The translations under genes were made by a program, and so were the position numbers. DNA of 64,000 bases from Acidimicrobiia bacterium (GTDB taxonomy: Bacteria; Actinomycetota; Acidimicrobiia; Spongiisociales; ZC4RG35). Below, piece after piece: positions 28,399-37,705 of this stretch. The first letter of the stretch is position 1. Every line of letters begins with the position of its first letter. Location: contig CBDCBK010000010.1 of NCBI GenBank assembly GCA_965214265.1, positions 2,056,642-2,120,641 of the forward strand, read 5' to 3'. A model generated the notes under the pieces. That model saw nothing but the letters and a program-made list of their open reading frames with translations, was not told the DNA's origin and did no database searches.

Positions 28399-28417
28399 CC
28401 CCTGTATTCTGGCAGAA
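28399..28417. promoter_or_regulatory. Overlapping divergent -10 elements for two leaderless mRNAs
   Basis: + strand TATTCT (28405-28410)-N7-ATG; - strand CAGAAT (28411-28406)-N7-ATG. Confidence 0.55.
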
Positions 28418-28912
28418 ATGCGCATCTTGGTTTGCACGTCGGGTGTGCTACAGGCACCACCGGTAATCGACTTTTGCGCCCAACTGATGGGCGATTGCGG
28501 AAAAGTCGTGATCCTGACCGTGGTCCAGGTACCCCAATCCCTGCTCGGCCAGTTCCAGCGCAAGCCCCGTTCGTTTCTCTCAGAGGACCCCGAAGATCCC
28601 CCCGGGCAGGCCTCCGCAGCAGAGGCGGATTACGTCCGGGAACGGGGCAAGCGGGCGGTCGCCACCCTGGCCAGCGGGTTCCGGGCCGCAGGGATCGACC
28701 CGGAGGTCTCCTACGTGGCGGGTCACGACATGGCGGAGGCGATCATAGCTCAAGCCGAGGAAATGCAGGCCGATCTGATAGTGATGGGGGCCACCCGTCA
28801 GCTCTTCGAAGCCGAGGTGTGGTCGTCGGTAACCGCCCGGGTCGGCCGGGAGTGCGAGCGGCCCCTCCTGCTGATGCCCGCCCGACCTCCCGAAGAAGCC
28901 AAAAGGCCATAA
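28418..28912 (+). CDS. Universal stress protein (Usp)
   Basis: MRILVCT..., AEAIIAQAEEMQADLIVMGAT...SSVTARV...PLLL. Confidence 0.88.
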   Translation: MRILVCTSGVLQAPPVIDFCAQLMGDCGKVVILTVVQVPQSLLGQFQRKPRSFLSEDPEDPPGQASAAEADYVRERGKRAVATLASGFRAAGIDPEVSYVAGHDMAEAIIAQAEEMQADLIVMGATRQLFEAEVWSSVTARVGRECERPLLLMPARPPEEAKRP

Positions 28913-28916
28913 GCCC

Positions 28917-29152
28917 GACAACGCCTCCCAAGTACGGGGAAGGCGTGTTTGAGGGAAACCCGCCGGTGAGGCGTTGTCAGAAGGCCGCCCGTCCGGGAGA
29001 TGAGGCTTGGTGATGATAGGAGCGGTCCGGACCTCTGCGATATTTGCCTCCTCACTATGTGACGCCGCTGGGACGATTTCAAGCCTCAGACCCTGAGTTT
29101 CTTCGAAGCAATATTCGCTACTCCCCTCTCCAACTGTCGACGCCTTCCCAAG
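28917..29152. other. Structured intergenic element with nested inverted repeats
   Basis: Inverted repeats of 11 bp (28917-27/28968-78), 10 bp (28937-46/29140-49) and 9 bp (29001-09/29080-88). Confidence 0.35.
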
Positions 29153-29160
29153 GAATGCGC

Positions 29161-29973
29161 CTAGCGAACACCCCTGGTCCGGTTGATTGTCGCCCACAAC
29201 CCGGACGCTGCTCCGGCCATGTCGGATGCGGTGGTTATTCCCCGTGAGCTGTTGATGATCAGTCCTCTCCCATCCGAAGTGAGCCCCGCTTCCAACACCT
29301 CCTCCAACCGCCCGCCCTGGGCGCCCACACCCGGCACCAGAAAGGTCATGTCGCCGACCAGCCGCCGGGCCGTCCGCAGATCGTCGGGGCGGGTGGCGCC
29401 CATCACCAAGAGACAGTTGCCCAGGGGGTTCCAATCCTCGGCCACCATCCGGGCAACCCGCTGCCAAAGCGGCTCTCCCTCCACCTCCAAGGCCTGCAAA
29501 TCGTCGGCGCCGGGATTGGAGGTACGGCACAGGATCACACAGCCCCGGTCCGCTCGATCCAAGAAGGGCCGGAGTGCGTCCCTTCCCAGCCAGGGATTCA
29601 AAGTCACCGCGTCGAAGCCCAGCCGGTCGAACAAAAACCGTGCATAGGCCTGGCTGGTGGCGCCGATGTCGGCCCGCTTGGCGTCTCCGATCACCGGGAT
29701 GCCCGGATGCTCGGAAGCTACGTATTCCATGATCCTCTCCAGAGAGGCGATTCCCCCAGAGCCCCGCGCCTCGTAATAGGCCAGGTTGGGCTTGAACGCG
29801 CACACATAGGGATGGGTTTGGGAGATGACCTGTCGACCCCACTCGAACAAGGGGTCACGCCCCCCGCCCGGCTCCTCCTCCAAGACCAGCCCCGAAGCGG
29901 GGTCCAATCCCACACAGAGCAGACTCGCGGCCTCTTGCATCCGGGCCGAGAGCCGTTCGGAGAACCCGGCCAC
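29161..29973 (-). CDS. pyrF: Orotidine-5'-phosphate decarboxylase
   Basis: LCVGLDP, FKPN, DAKRADIGAT, RTSNPG, LVPGVGAQGG, NSSRGI. Confidence 0.96.
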   Translation of the reverse strand: MAGFSERLSARMQEAASLLCVGLDPASGLVLEEEPGGGRDPLFEWGRQVISQTHPYVCAFKPNLAYYEARGSGGIASLERIMEYVASEHPGIPVIGDAKRADIGATSQAYARFLFDRLGFDAVTLNPWLGRDALRPFLDRADRGCVILCRTSNPGADDLQALEVEGEPLWQRVARMVAEDWNPLGNCLLVMGATRPDDLRTARRLVGDMTFLVPGVGAQGGRLEEVLEAGLTSDGRGLIINSSRGITTASDMAGAASGLWATINRTRGVR

Positions 29974-30612
29974 CTAGACTTCCGGCTCCCACCGGTGAGG
30001 GTCCGACCACCACCGCCGCGCCTCCGCCAGCCCCTGTGGAGAGAATTCTTCTTCTCGCCGGGAAGCCGCCGCCAGCAAGTCCATGAAAGGAACCAGAAGC
30101 GAGAGTTCCACACCGGCCTTCGCGAAGGCGACGAAGGTCTCGGCAAAACCGTAACCTGCCACCGAGAGGCAGACCGTCACCTCCCCGCCGGCCTCCCGAA
30201 GGGCCTCCGCCGCCTCCAGACTTGAGCCTCCGGTGGTGACCACGTCCTCCACCAGCACCACCTGCCGTCCCCTGACATCCGCACCCTCCACTGCTCGCCC
30301 CCGACCGTGCTCCTTGGCTTCCTTGCGGACGAAACAGGAGGGCAGACCCGCCGCGTAGGCCGCGGCCGAGCTGTGCGGAATGCCACCCGCCGCCACACCC
30401 GCCACCACTTCCACCTCTCCACCTAATATCCCGAGCCGCTCTCCCAACCCCTCGATCACCATCCGCCATGCCGATGGAACTCCGATCAGCCGCCGGATGT
30501 CCATATAGACCGGAGAGCGGATCCCAGACGCGAAGGTGATGGGGTGATCGGGACACAAGATCAGCACATCCGCCTCCAACAGAGCGTCCGCAGCCGACCG
30601 GACAGAAGTCAT
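29974..30612 (-). CDS. pyrE: Orotate phosphoribosyltransferase
   Basis: FASGIRSPVYMD, VRKEAKEHG, VEDVVTTGGS; ATG 30612 overlaps pyrD stop. Confidence 0.95.
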   Translation of the reverse strand: MTSVRSAADALLEADVLILCPDHPITFASGIRSPVYMDIRRLIGVPSAWRMVIEGLGERLGILGGEVEVVAGVAAGGIPHSSAAAYAAGLPSCFVRKEAKEHGRGRAVEGADVRGRQVVLVEDVVTTGGSSLEAAEALREAGGEVTVCLSVAGYGFAETFVAFAKAGVELSLLVPFMDLLAAASRREEEFSPQGLAEARRWWSDPHRWEPEV

Positions 30613-31721
30613 GTGAGCTGTTCTGACTCCGACAGGATCAGCGCCGGAGCAGTCGGGCCGCGAAACACCAGAGCGCTCCAGTACTGGACAGCCGCCGCCC
30701 CTCGATTGCAAAAATCCAGATAGCTCCGACCGTCCAGCACTCCCCCACAACCCACGATCTCGAATTCCAGGCCCAACTCCCGGCGGGCCGAGTCCAACTC
30801 TTCAACCACCTCCAAAGCGCGGGCATGGAGGGAAGCTCCCCCTACCCCCACCCCGATCTCGGTCCGGGAAAGCCGGCCCGGTGCGGTGTTGGTGGCCACT
30901 ATCGCCTCTGCTCCCCCCTCCACCGCCGCCTGGGCGATCGGCCCATACCGCCCCTGACCCACATCCGGCGCCACCTTCACCCATAAGGCGCTCTCTCCCC
31001 ATAGCTCACGCCGCACCGCCCGGCACAAGGAGGCCACCTCCTCGGGAAGGCCCGCATGGTCATAGCCCTGGGCCACATTGGGACAACTGATATTCACCGT
31101 CGTCCAGGAGGGGCGAAGCCCGGCCTCTGCAAAAACCTGCACCGCCTCCGCCACCTCATCGCGGCGGCGGGCGGGATCGGCCTGATCCGGATCGGAGGCG
31201 ATGCTGATCCCGTAGACATCGGGAAGATCTCCCGAACGCTCGCCCAGAAAGGCCGCCGCCGCCGCCGCGCCCGGATTGCGTAGGCCCACCCGGTTGAGCA
31301 GGCTCCGGCCTTCGGTGTGCCTCCACAGCACCTGTCCCGGATTTCCCAGCCGCGGACGGGGAGTGAAAGATCCCATCTCCACCGGGCCCATGAGAGCGCC
31401 CGCCGACCGCCACCCGGGGATGATGTTGCGACCCTTCGCCACCGCCCTCATGGCATCCTCCTCGGTGGCGAATCCCTCCCCCTTGACTAGCCCGGCCGCC
31501 AGTATCAGGGGAGATTCGAGGATAACCCTGCCCACCTGGCCGGGCAATAGGGCGCGCCGTCGGTAGCGGGCCGCCGCCTCGCAGAGGCCGGGGCGCCGAT
31601 CCAGAGCCGCCAGCCTCCCGATGACCATCCGATGCGCGTCGTCAGGTGGGAGGGCGAACAAAAACCGCCGGAGCGTCCGGTAGGTGGCCTCCCCGGCCGC
31701 TAGTTCAAGCGATGTTGGCAT
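30609..31721 (-). CDS. pyrD: Dihydroorotate dehydrogenase (atypical, class 2-like)
   Basis: GSFTPRPRLGNP, NRVGLRNPG, NISCPN, VKVAPD, TNT, GCGGV; inside the pyr cluster. Confidence 0.88.
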   Translation of the reverse strand: MPTSLELAAGEATYRTLRRFLFALPPDDAHRMVIGRLAALDRRPGLCEAAARYRRRALLPGQVGRVILESPLILAAGLVKGEGFATEEDAMRAVAKGRNIIPGWRSAGALMGPVEMGSFTPRPRLGNPGQVLWRHTEGRSLLNRVGLRNPGAAAAAAFLGERSGDLPDVYGISIASDPDQADPARRRDEVAEAVQVFAEAGLRPSWTTVNISCPNVAQGYDHAGLPEEVASLCRAVRRELWGESALWVKVAPDVGQGRYGPIAQAAVEGGAEAIVATNTAPGRLSRTEIGVGVGGASLHARALEVVEELDSARRELGLEFEIVGCGGVLDGRSYLDFCNRGAAAVQYWSALVFRGPTAPALILSESEQLT

Positions 31722-32787
31722 ACAGGTTCGATCCGAACCCCTTCGGCGCTAGGACTTCACCGTCCTCGAAGGCAACCGTGCCCCGGATGACCACTCTTCT
31801 TATCACTCCCCACACTTCCATTCCCGAAAACGGCGTCCAGCCACATGAAGTGTAGAGGCTGTCTGATGAAATGACCCGCCGCGCCCCGGTATCCACCAGC
31901 GTGTAGGTTCCGGCCGGGTGGGGATCCAAGCCGAAGATATGGCGGGGGGCGACCGAGATCAGTTCGACCGCCCGATCGGCGGTGATCCGTCCCTCTCTCA
32001 CCGCGGTGAACAGCAGGGGAATAGTGGTCTCCAATCCCGGCACTCCGAAGGGCGTGGGGAGGCCGAGCTTCTCATCCCAGGTGTGGGGGGCGTGATCGGA
32101 CTCCACCACATCTATTACGCCCCTCCGGAGCCCCTCCCACAGCGCCTTTTGGTCCGACGGGGCGCCCAGCGGGGGTTTCATCACCCCTTTGGGGCCCAGC
32201 GAAGACAGATCCCGGTCGGTGAAGAACAGATGATGGGGACAGACCCCGGCGGTCACCTTCGTACCCCGGCTCTTGTGCTCGGCGACTTCGGAGACCGCCC
32301 GGGCGGTATCGATATGGCAGAGATGCCCCCGCTTTCCGTGCCGAGCCAGCGAATCCAGGAATTCACCCACCACCTCCCCCTCGGCGTGGGCGGCCAGCAC
32401 CCCCGGGCCCGGCCATGCAGCGACCTGGCGCTCCATCTGTGATGCGGTGATGGTCAACCCGCCGGTGGTATGCCCGCAGTAGAGCTTGATGCCGCACACC
32501 CGCCGGGACAACCGGGCCAACTCGGCTGAGGGCCTCACACCCAAAGGATGGGCGCCCAGCCACACGCCGTAGTCACATCGGGCGTTTTCTCCCAGATCGT
32601 CGAGCTTTCGATCCAAACCCTGGCCGTCGGTGGTGGGCGGAGGAGTGTTGGGCATATCCAGGATGGCCGTGTATCCCCCCGCCAGGGCGGCGGCGGTCTC
32701 GGTGGCGAAATCCCCCTTGTGCGCCCACTCCATGCCCCGCAGGTGGACATGAGGATCGAGCGCTCCCACGATGCGCACCAGGCTCAT
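31705..32787 (-). CDS. pyrC: Dihydroorotase
   Basis: DPHVHLR, DMPNTPP, HAE, HLCH, CPHHLF, SDHAPH; start ATG 32787. Confidence 0.92.
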   Translation of the reverse strand: MSLVRIVGALDPHVHLRGMEWAHKGDFATETAAALAGGYTAILDMPNTPPPTTDGQGLDRKLDDLGENARCDYGVWLGAHPLGVRPSAELARLSRRVCGIKLYCGHTTGGLTITASQMERQVAAWPGPGVLAAHAEGEVVGEFLDSLARHGKRGHLCHIDTARAVSEVAEHKSRGTKVTAGVCPHHLFFTDRDLSSLGPKGVMKPPLGAPSDQKALWEGLRRGVIDVVESDHAPHTWDEKLGLPTPFGVPGLETTIPLLFTAVREGRITADRAVELISVAPRHIFGLDPHPAGTYTLVDTGARRVISSDSLYTSCGWTPFSGMEVWGVIRRVVIRGTVAFEDGEVLAPKGFGSNLYANIA

Positions 32788-32839
32788 GATCCTCCCACCC
32801 ACCCTCGGCTCCGAGCCCCATCCCCAAACTCTCGGATTC

Positions 32840-33517
32840 TCATTCGGCCTCCCGACTGGCACGGACCATCTCGAGAACCCGCGTCACCGCCTCATCAGGG
32901 CTCAGAGCGGTGGTGTTGATCTCGATCGCGCCGGGTGCCCGACGCAAGGGGGAAGCGGTCCGGGTAGCGTCCTGTTCGTCCCGGCGGGCCAGGCTCTCCT
33001 CCACTATCGCGGCCTCCGGGGCATCCTCCAGCTCAGCCCTCCGGCGACGGGCCCGCTCATCGGAAGCCGCGGTCAGATAGACCTTCACCAGAGCGTCCGG
33101 AAAGACCACCGAGCCGATGTCCCGTCCCTCTACCACCGCCGATCCTCCCCGCTCTTCCACCCACCGGCGCTGGTAATCCACCAGTACCTCCCGCACTCTG
33201 GGGAGCGCCGCCACCTTGCTGGCCGCCTCCGTCACCCGCGGGGTTCTGATCTCGGTCTCCACATCCCGGTCGTCCAGCCGGGTTCGGCCCCCTTCCTGGG
33301 CGATCACCGCCCGCCGCACCACCTCCACCGCTTCATCCTCGGAGTCCGCCCCCGTCCGGAGAACCGCCAGGGCAGCCGCCCGATAAAACGCTCCCGTGTC
33401 GAGGCACACCAGTCCCAACTCTTTCGCCAGCCACCGGGCCAGGGTGCTCTTTCCGCTGGCCGCCGGGCCGTCGATGGCGATCACCCCCTTCCACTGCAGG
33501 TCTCCCCCTCCGCTCAC
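32840..33517 (-). CDS. cmk: Cytidylate kinase
   Basis: IAIDGPAASGKST, DTGAFYR, EGRDIGSVVFP, RRDEQD. Confidence 0.96.
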   Translation of the reverse strand: MSGGGDLQWKGVIAIDGPAASGKSTLARWLAKELGLVCLDTGAFYRAAALAVLRTGADSEDEAVEVVRRAVIAQEGGRTRLDDRDVETEIRTPRVTEAASKVAALPRVREVLVDYQRRWVEERGGSAVVEGRDIGSVVFPDALVKVYLTAASDERARRRRAELEDAPEAAIVEESLARRDEQDATRTASPLRRAPGAIEINTTALSPDEAVTRVLEMVRASREAE

Positions 33518-34794
33518 AATGTCTCCAGCATCGTGAAGAAACCGGGCCAGGTCTTAGTCACACACCCCGGATCGAGAATCTCCACCCCGGCCTGGCGGAG
33601 ACCGACCAGCGCGAAGGACATAGCCAAGCGGTGATCGTCGTAGGTGTGGAACCGGGCAGGACGAAGCGGACGGGGAGCGATTATCAGGTCGTTTCCCTCC
33701 ACCGTCGCCTCTGCCCCGGCCCGGGAGAGCTCGCAGGCAAGGGCGGCCAGTCGATCGGTCTCCTTCAAACGCAGGGTGCCCAACCGCCGCAGCCGACTCG
33801 GCCCATCGGCGAACAGGCAAACCACCGACAAGCCCAGCACCGCGTCGGGCATCCCGCTCATGTCCCGGTCCACTCCCGCCAGGGCGCCGTCGGGGGGACC
33901 TTCCACCACCAGTCGGGTGCCCTGCCAGCGGACCGCACACCCCATCTCCTCCAACACCTCCACCACCCCCAGGTCAGCTTGGGTGGATCCGGGCGAAAGC
34001 CCCTCGACCCCCACCACTCCCCCGGTGATGGCCGCGGCCGCCATAGGATAGACCGCCGCGGAGGCGTCCGCCTCCACCTCGAAAGCCGACGCCCGATACC
34101 CGCACGGATTCACACGAAGTGTTCGCCTATCCCCACTCTCCACTTCGGCGCCGAAGGCTCTCATCACCTCCAGGGTGGTCTGCACATAGGGACCCGAAAC
34201 CAGGGTCCCCCGGGTACGGATCACTGTCTCTCTCCGGGCGAGGGGCGCCGTCATCAGCAGTGCGGAAAGAAACTGGGAGGATCGGGAGACATCCACGGTG
34301 ATCTCCCCGCCCGAGAAACCCCCTCCCCCCACTGTCAGGGGCAGAAAGCCCGCCGAGGTGCTCACCTCCACCCCCGCCTCGCCCAAAGCCGAGGCCAGAT
34401 CGCCGATGGGACGCTCGCGCATCCGCTTGGAGCCGTCGATGGTCACCTCGGCAGGCGCCAGCGCGGCCACCGCGGTCAAAAAGCGGGCGGTAGTGCCCGA
34501 CGCCCCGACATCCAACACCCCGTCCGGTGTCGACAGCCCGCCGCCGGTTCCCAACACCAACCAGGGGTCGTCGACGTCGTCGATCAGCACCCCCAGCCGG
34601 CGGAGTCCGGCTCGCATTACCTCGGTGTCGTCCGCGTCCAGCGGCCCCCCCAGGCGACTGGCGCCCCCTCCGGCCAGAGCAGATACCACCAGCGCCCGAT
34701 TGGTGATGCTCTTCGAACCGGGCGGGCGCACCACCGCCCGGACCGGCCGGCGGCGGACCGCAATCTCCATCACCGGGGGGAAGTCGCTTCTCAT
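33514..34794 (-). CDS. aroA: 3-phosphoshikimate 1-carboxyvinyltransferase
   Basis: PGSKSITNR, SGTTARF, SSQFLSALL, LRLKETDR, DHRLAM, KTWPGF. Confidence 0.96.
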   Translation of the reverse strand: MRSDFPPVMEIAVRRRPVRAVVRPPGSKSITNRALVVSALAGGGASRLGGPLDADDTEVMRAGLRRLGVLIDDVDDPWLVLGTGGGLSTPDGVLDVGASGTTARFLTAVAALAPAEVTIDGSKRMRERPIGDLASALGEAGVEVSTSAGFLPLTVGGGGFSGGEITVDVSRSSQFLSALLMTAPLARRETVIRTRGTLVSGPYVQTTLEVMRAFGAEVESGDRRTLRVNPCGYRASAFEVEADASAAVYPMAAAAITGGVVGVEGLSPGSTQADLGVVEVLEEMGCAVRWQGTRLVVEGPPDGALAGVDRDMSGMPDAVLGLSVVCLFADGPSRLRRLGTLRLKETDRLAALACELSRAGAEATVEGNDLIIAPRPLRPARFHTYDDHRLAMSFALVGLRQAGVEILDPGCVTKTWPGFFTMLETL

Positions 34795-34805
34795 CACCGC
34801 CGAGA

Positions 34806-35558
34806 CTATTCCCCACCCGCCGCTCGGTAAAGCGCGGCCACCTCCGGGTTGGACAGCCTGCGCCACCTCCCCGGTCGCAGGGACCCGTCCCGCAGCGGAC
34901 CGATCGCCACCCTCACCAACCGCCGCACGGGATAGTCCAGCGCTTCCATCATCCGTCTGATCTCCCGGTTCCGCCCTTCCCCCAACACCACTTCCAACTG
35001 CGCCTCCCGGGCGGTGCGGTCCACCAGCCGGGCCGCGAGCGCCCGGGCCGGCCCATCGTCCAGCACCACACCCTCGGTCAGACGGCGGACCGTCGCCCGT
35101 CGGGGTGTTCCCTCCACCAGCACCCGGTAGGTTTTGGTTATCCCGTAGCGGGGATGGGTCACCAGGTTGGTCAACTCGCCGTCGTTGGTCAGAAGAATCA
35201 GTCCCTCGCTCCAGCGGTCGAGCCTTCCCACCGGCCACACCCGAGGAAAGTCAGGCACCAGATCCACCACCGTCTCCGAAGCATGGGGATCCGAAGTGGT
35301 GGAGATCACCCCCGGCGGTTTGTTGACAAGGTAGGTGACCAGGTGCGGGGCGAGGGGAAGGCGGGCCCCGTCCACCTCCACCACCGAGCGCACCGGATCC
35401 ACGCGGTCGCCCAAACGGGCGCGCCGCCCGTCGATGGTCACCCTCCCCTTTGCGATGAGAACCTCTGCCGCTCTCCGGGACATTAACCCGGCGGCGGAGA
35501 TAGCTTTCTGCAGACGGACCGGGCCCTCAGGAGATGAACGTTGTGGCGGCAAGGTCAT
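34806..35558 (-). CDS. rluB: rRNA pseudouridine synthase (RluB/RsuA family)
   Basis: S4 domain RLQKAI...SRRAAE; VGRLD catalytic motif; EGRNREIRRM. Confidence 0.9.
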   Translation of the reverse strand: MTLPPQRSSPEGPVRLQKAISAAGLMSRRAAEVLIAKGRVTIDGRRARLGDRVDPVRSVVEVDGARLPLAPHLVTYLVNKPPGVISTTSDPHASETVVDLVPDFPRVWPVGRLDRWSEGLILLTNDGELTNLVTHPRYGITKTYRVLVEGTPRRATVRRLTEGVVLDDGPARALAARLVDRTAREAQLEVVLGEGRNREIRRMMEALDYPVRRLVRVAIGPLRDGSLRPGRWRRLSNPEVAALYRAAGGE

Positions 35559-36093
35559 CCATCACCTCCGGGGAGGGAACGCGCTCGGAAAGCGGAGGCA
35601 ACTCGTCCAGGCTGTCCAAGCCCAGCTTCTCCAATAACAGATCGGTGGTCCCATACATAGCGGGATGGCCGGGGACCGAAAGGCGCTCGGTCACCTCGAC
35701 CAGGCCCATCCTCTCCAAGGTGCGCAACGACGATGAAGAGTCCACCCCCCGGATCTCGTTTATCTGGTTTCTCAATACGGGCTGTCGATAGGTGACTACC
35801 GCCAACACCTCCTGGGAGGCGGGAGACAGCCGATTGATCGGTCCGCGGCTCACAAAGCTCTCCACATAACCGGAAAGCTCGGGGCGGGTGTAGAGGCGCC
35901 AGCCTCCCGCCACCCGTTCCAGGCACAGACCCCGCTCGGCCGATTCGAGCCGACAGGACAGCGCCTCGATCTCCCGATCCAACTCGGTCGGATCGATTCC
36001 CAATGCCTCGGACAGCCGTCGTCGAGAAACCGGGGCTTCCGCCACGAACAAGATGGCCTCCAAGGCGGCGGCGGCAGTCAATCCGACCCGCAT
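35527..36093 (-). CDS. scpB: SMC-Scp complex subunit ScpB
   Basis: LEAILF, VAGGWRL, LSPASQEVLA...QP...EIRGVDS, YGTT, LDELPPL. Alternative start TTG 36081. Confidence 0.93.
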   Translation of the reverse strand: MRVGLTAAAALEAILFVAEAPVSRRRLSEALGIDPTELDREIEALSCRLESAERGLCLERVAGGWRLYTRPELSGYVESFVSRGPINRLSPASQEVLAVVTYRQPVLRNQINEIRGVDSSSSLRTLERMGLVEVTERLSVPGHPAMYGTTDLLLEKLGLDSLDELPPLSERVPSPEVMDDLAATTFIS

Positions 36094-36838
36094 CTGGCCA
36101 CCATCGAAGAGGCCGCGAGACTCCGCTGGACACGTATTGCTCCTTCCGGCGTCGACTGGGAGAGGCACACCCTCCCTTCCCGGGCCAACTCCAGGAGGCC
36201 CATGAACCAGGCGGCCACCTCGATCCGGTCCGAACAGCGGATGGCCAGGCCGTCGAAGGACTCCTCCCCCACCTCCCCGATCAGACGCCACAACTCTGCC
36301 ATTGCCTCCTCCACGGTGGGGAGATCCAGAGCCAGGTGATCGAGATCAGGGATGGCCGGAACCCGCGACATGACCTCGGTGGCCAGTTCGGCCAGATCCT
36401 CGGGGTCGAGACGGAACGCCAACTCGGGGGTTGAACCCATCCTCGACCAGTCGGGCCCCGCCTCTCGAGGCTGGAAACCGGCCCGCCCCGCCAAGAGCGC
36501 GGCCAGTTCTTCCACCGCATCCCGGAAGGTCAGACGGGCCAGCCGGAACCACAGGTCACGGTCGGGATTCTCCGCCGGGTCCTCGGAGAGGGGATCGAGA
36601 CCCGCCCCAGCATCCGGCGCGCTTTCAGCCGGCAGAGGAGCGCCAGTACCAACAGGAATTCGCTGATGTGCTCCAACTCCACCGCAGTTCCATCGGAAAG
36701 CTCCCCCAAGAAGCCCTCCACCAACCTGGTAAGACTCAGCGCAGCCGGGTCGATCCGGTCCGCCACCACCAAGTCATAGAAGAGGTCGATAGGTCCCTCG
36801 TAGGCCTCCGTGGAGATCTGATAGCTGGCAGTCACCAA
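36078..36838 (-). pseudogene. scpA: ScpA, split by a 1-nt frameshift at about 36605-36608 (possible sequencing error)
   Basis: N-terminal YEGPIDL...EFLLV...LKARRML in one frame; C-terminal ...FMGLLELAREGRV in another; one extra G in the G4 run joins them. Confidence 0.85.
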
Positions 36839-36862
36839 CCGGGATGCTATCGGGAGACCGGC

Positions 36863-37348
36863 CTATTTTTGAGGCTTGTCGGTTTCGCGCAGCGCTTCCC
36901 AGATCACCGGCTCGATGCCGGAAGGCCGGGCACCGTGATGGCTGCGGGCGAACTCCACCACCAGTGGCTCCGCGCCCCAGCCCGAGAGTTCCTCTGATCC
37001 GATCGGCCCGTGATCCCGGTATATCCGGGCGCGCTCCCAGAGCGGCAGCCGCAGCCGGATGGCAACCGAAGCCACTACCCGGCCCGCCAGCCCCAGCCGG
37101 GCATGCCGTTTGCCGATGTCATGCAAGAGCGCCGCCCGCACCCCGCACGGGTCGGCGCCCAGCGTGGCCTCCGCGACCCGGGCCGCCTCATACCCGTGCC
37201 GCTGATCGGCTGTCGACTGCTCATCGAAAGCGCACCGCTCGGGGTCGGTCAGGAAGCCCCGCACCCATGCCTTTTCAACCGGGCTGAGCGGCGCCGAGAA
37301 TATCCCCTCCCGGTATCGCTTGGCTAGATGTGCCCAGGTGCCCGGCAA
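36863..37348 (-). CDS. HD domain phosphohydrolase
   Basis: DQRH...ALLHDIGK...DHG...SHH motifs. Confidence 0.85.
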   Translation of the reverse strand: MPGTWAHLAKRYREGIFSAPLSPVEKAWVRGFLTDPERCAFDEQSTADQRHGYEAARVAEATLGADPCGVRAALLHDIGKRHARLGLAGRVVASVAIRLRLPLWERARIYRDHGPIGSEELSGWGAEPLVVEFARSHHGARPSGIEPVIWEALRETDKPQK

Positions 37349-37354
37349 CGCGCC

Positions 37355-37705
37355 TCAGCCCCGGGATGACTTGCAGGAAACACAATAAACCGATTCGGGA
37401 CGAAACTCCAGGCGGGCAGCGCCGATCTTTTTGCCGCACCGCATACAGAATCCGTACCGGCCCTTCTCCACCCACGACAACGCAACATCTACCGAGTCGA
37501 GCCGCCTTTTCAGCGTCTGGATCACTCCGAGACGCTCGGTGCGCTCGGCGGTTACCGCCGGGGCGTCGGAAAATCCGTCGCCCTGGTTGAGGCCGGTTCG
37601 CAACTCCCCGGTCTCGGTGGCGCCCAACTCGTTGAGTTGGCGCACCAGCCCGCGGCGGTGGGAGGTCAACTCGGCCTTAGCTTGGGTGAGATCAATATCG
37701 TTCAT
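37355..37705 (-). CDS. TraR/DksA C4-type zinc finger protein
   Basis: Coiled coil plus YGFCMRCG...ARLE...CVSC. Confidence 0.9.
   Translation of the reverse strand: MNDIDLTQAKAELTSHRRGLVRQLNELGATETGELRTGLNQGDGFSDAPAVTAERTERLGVIQTLKRRLDSVDVALSWVEKGRYGFCMRCGKKIGAARLEFRPESVYCVSCKSSRG

Noticed and set aside
29015-29040. SRP RNA in the usp-pyrF gap (GGTCCGG seen)
   Set aside because: Lacks the CAGG...GNRA...AGCAG helix-8 signature.
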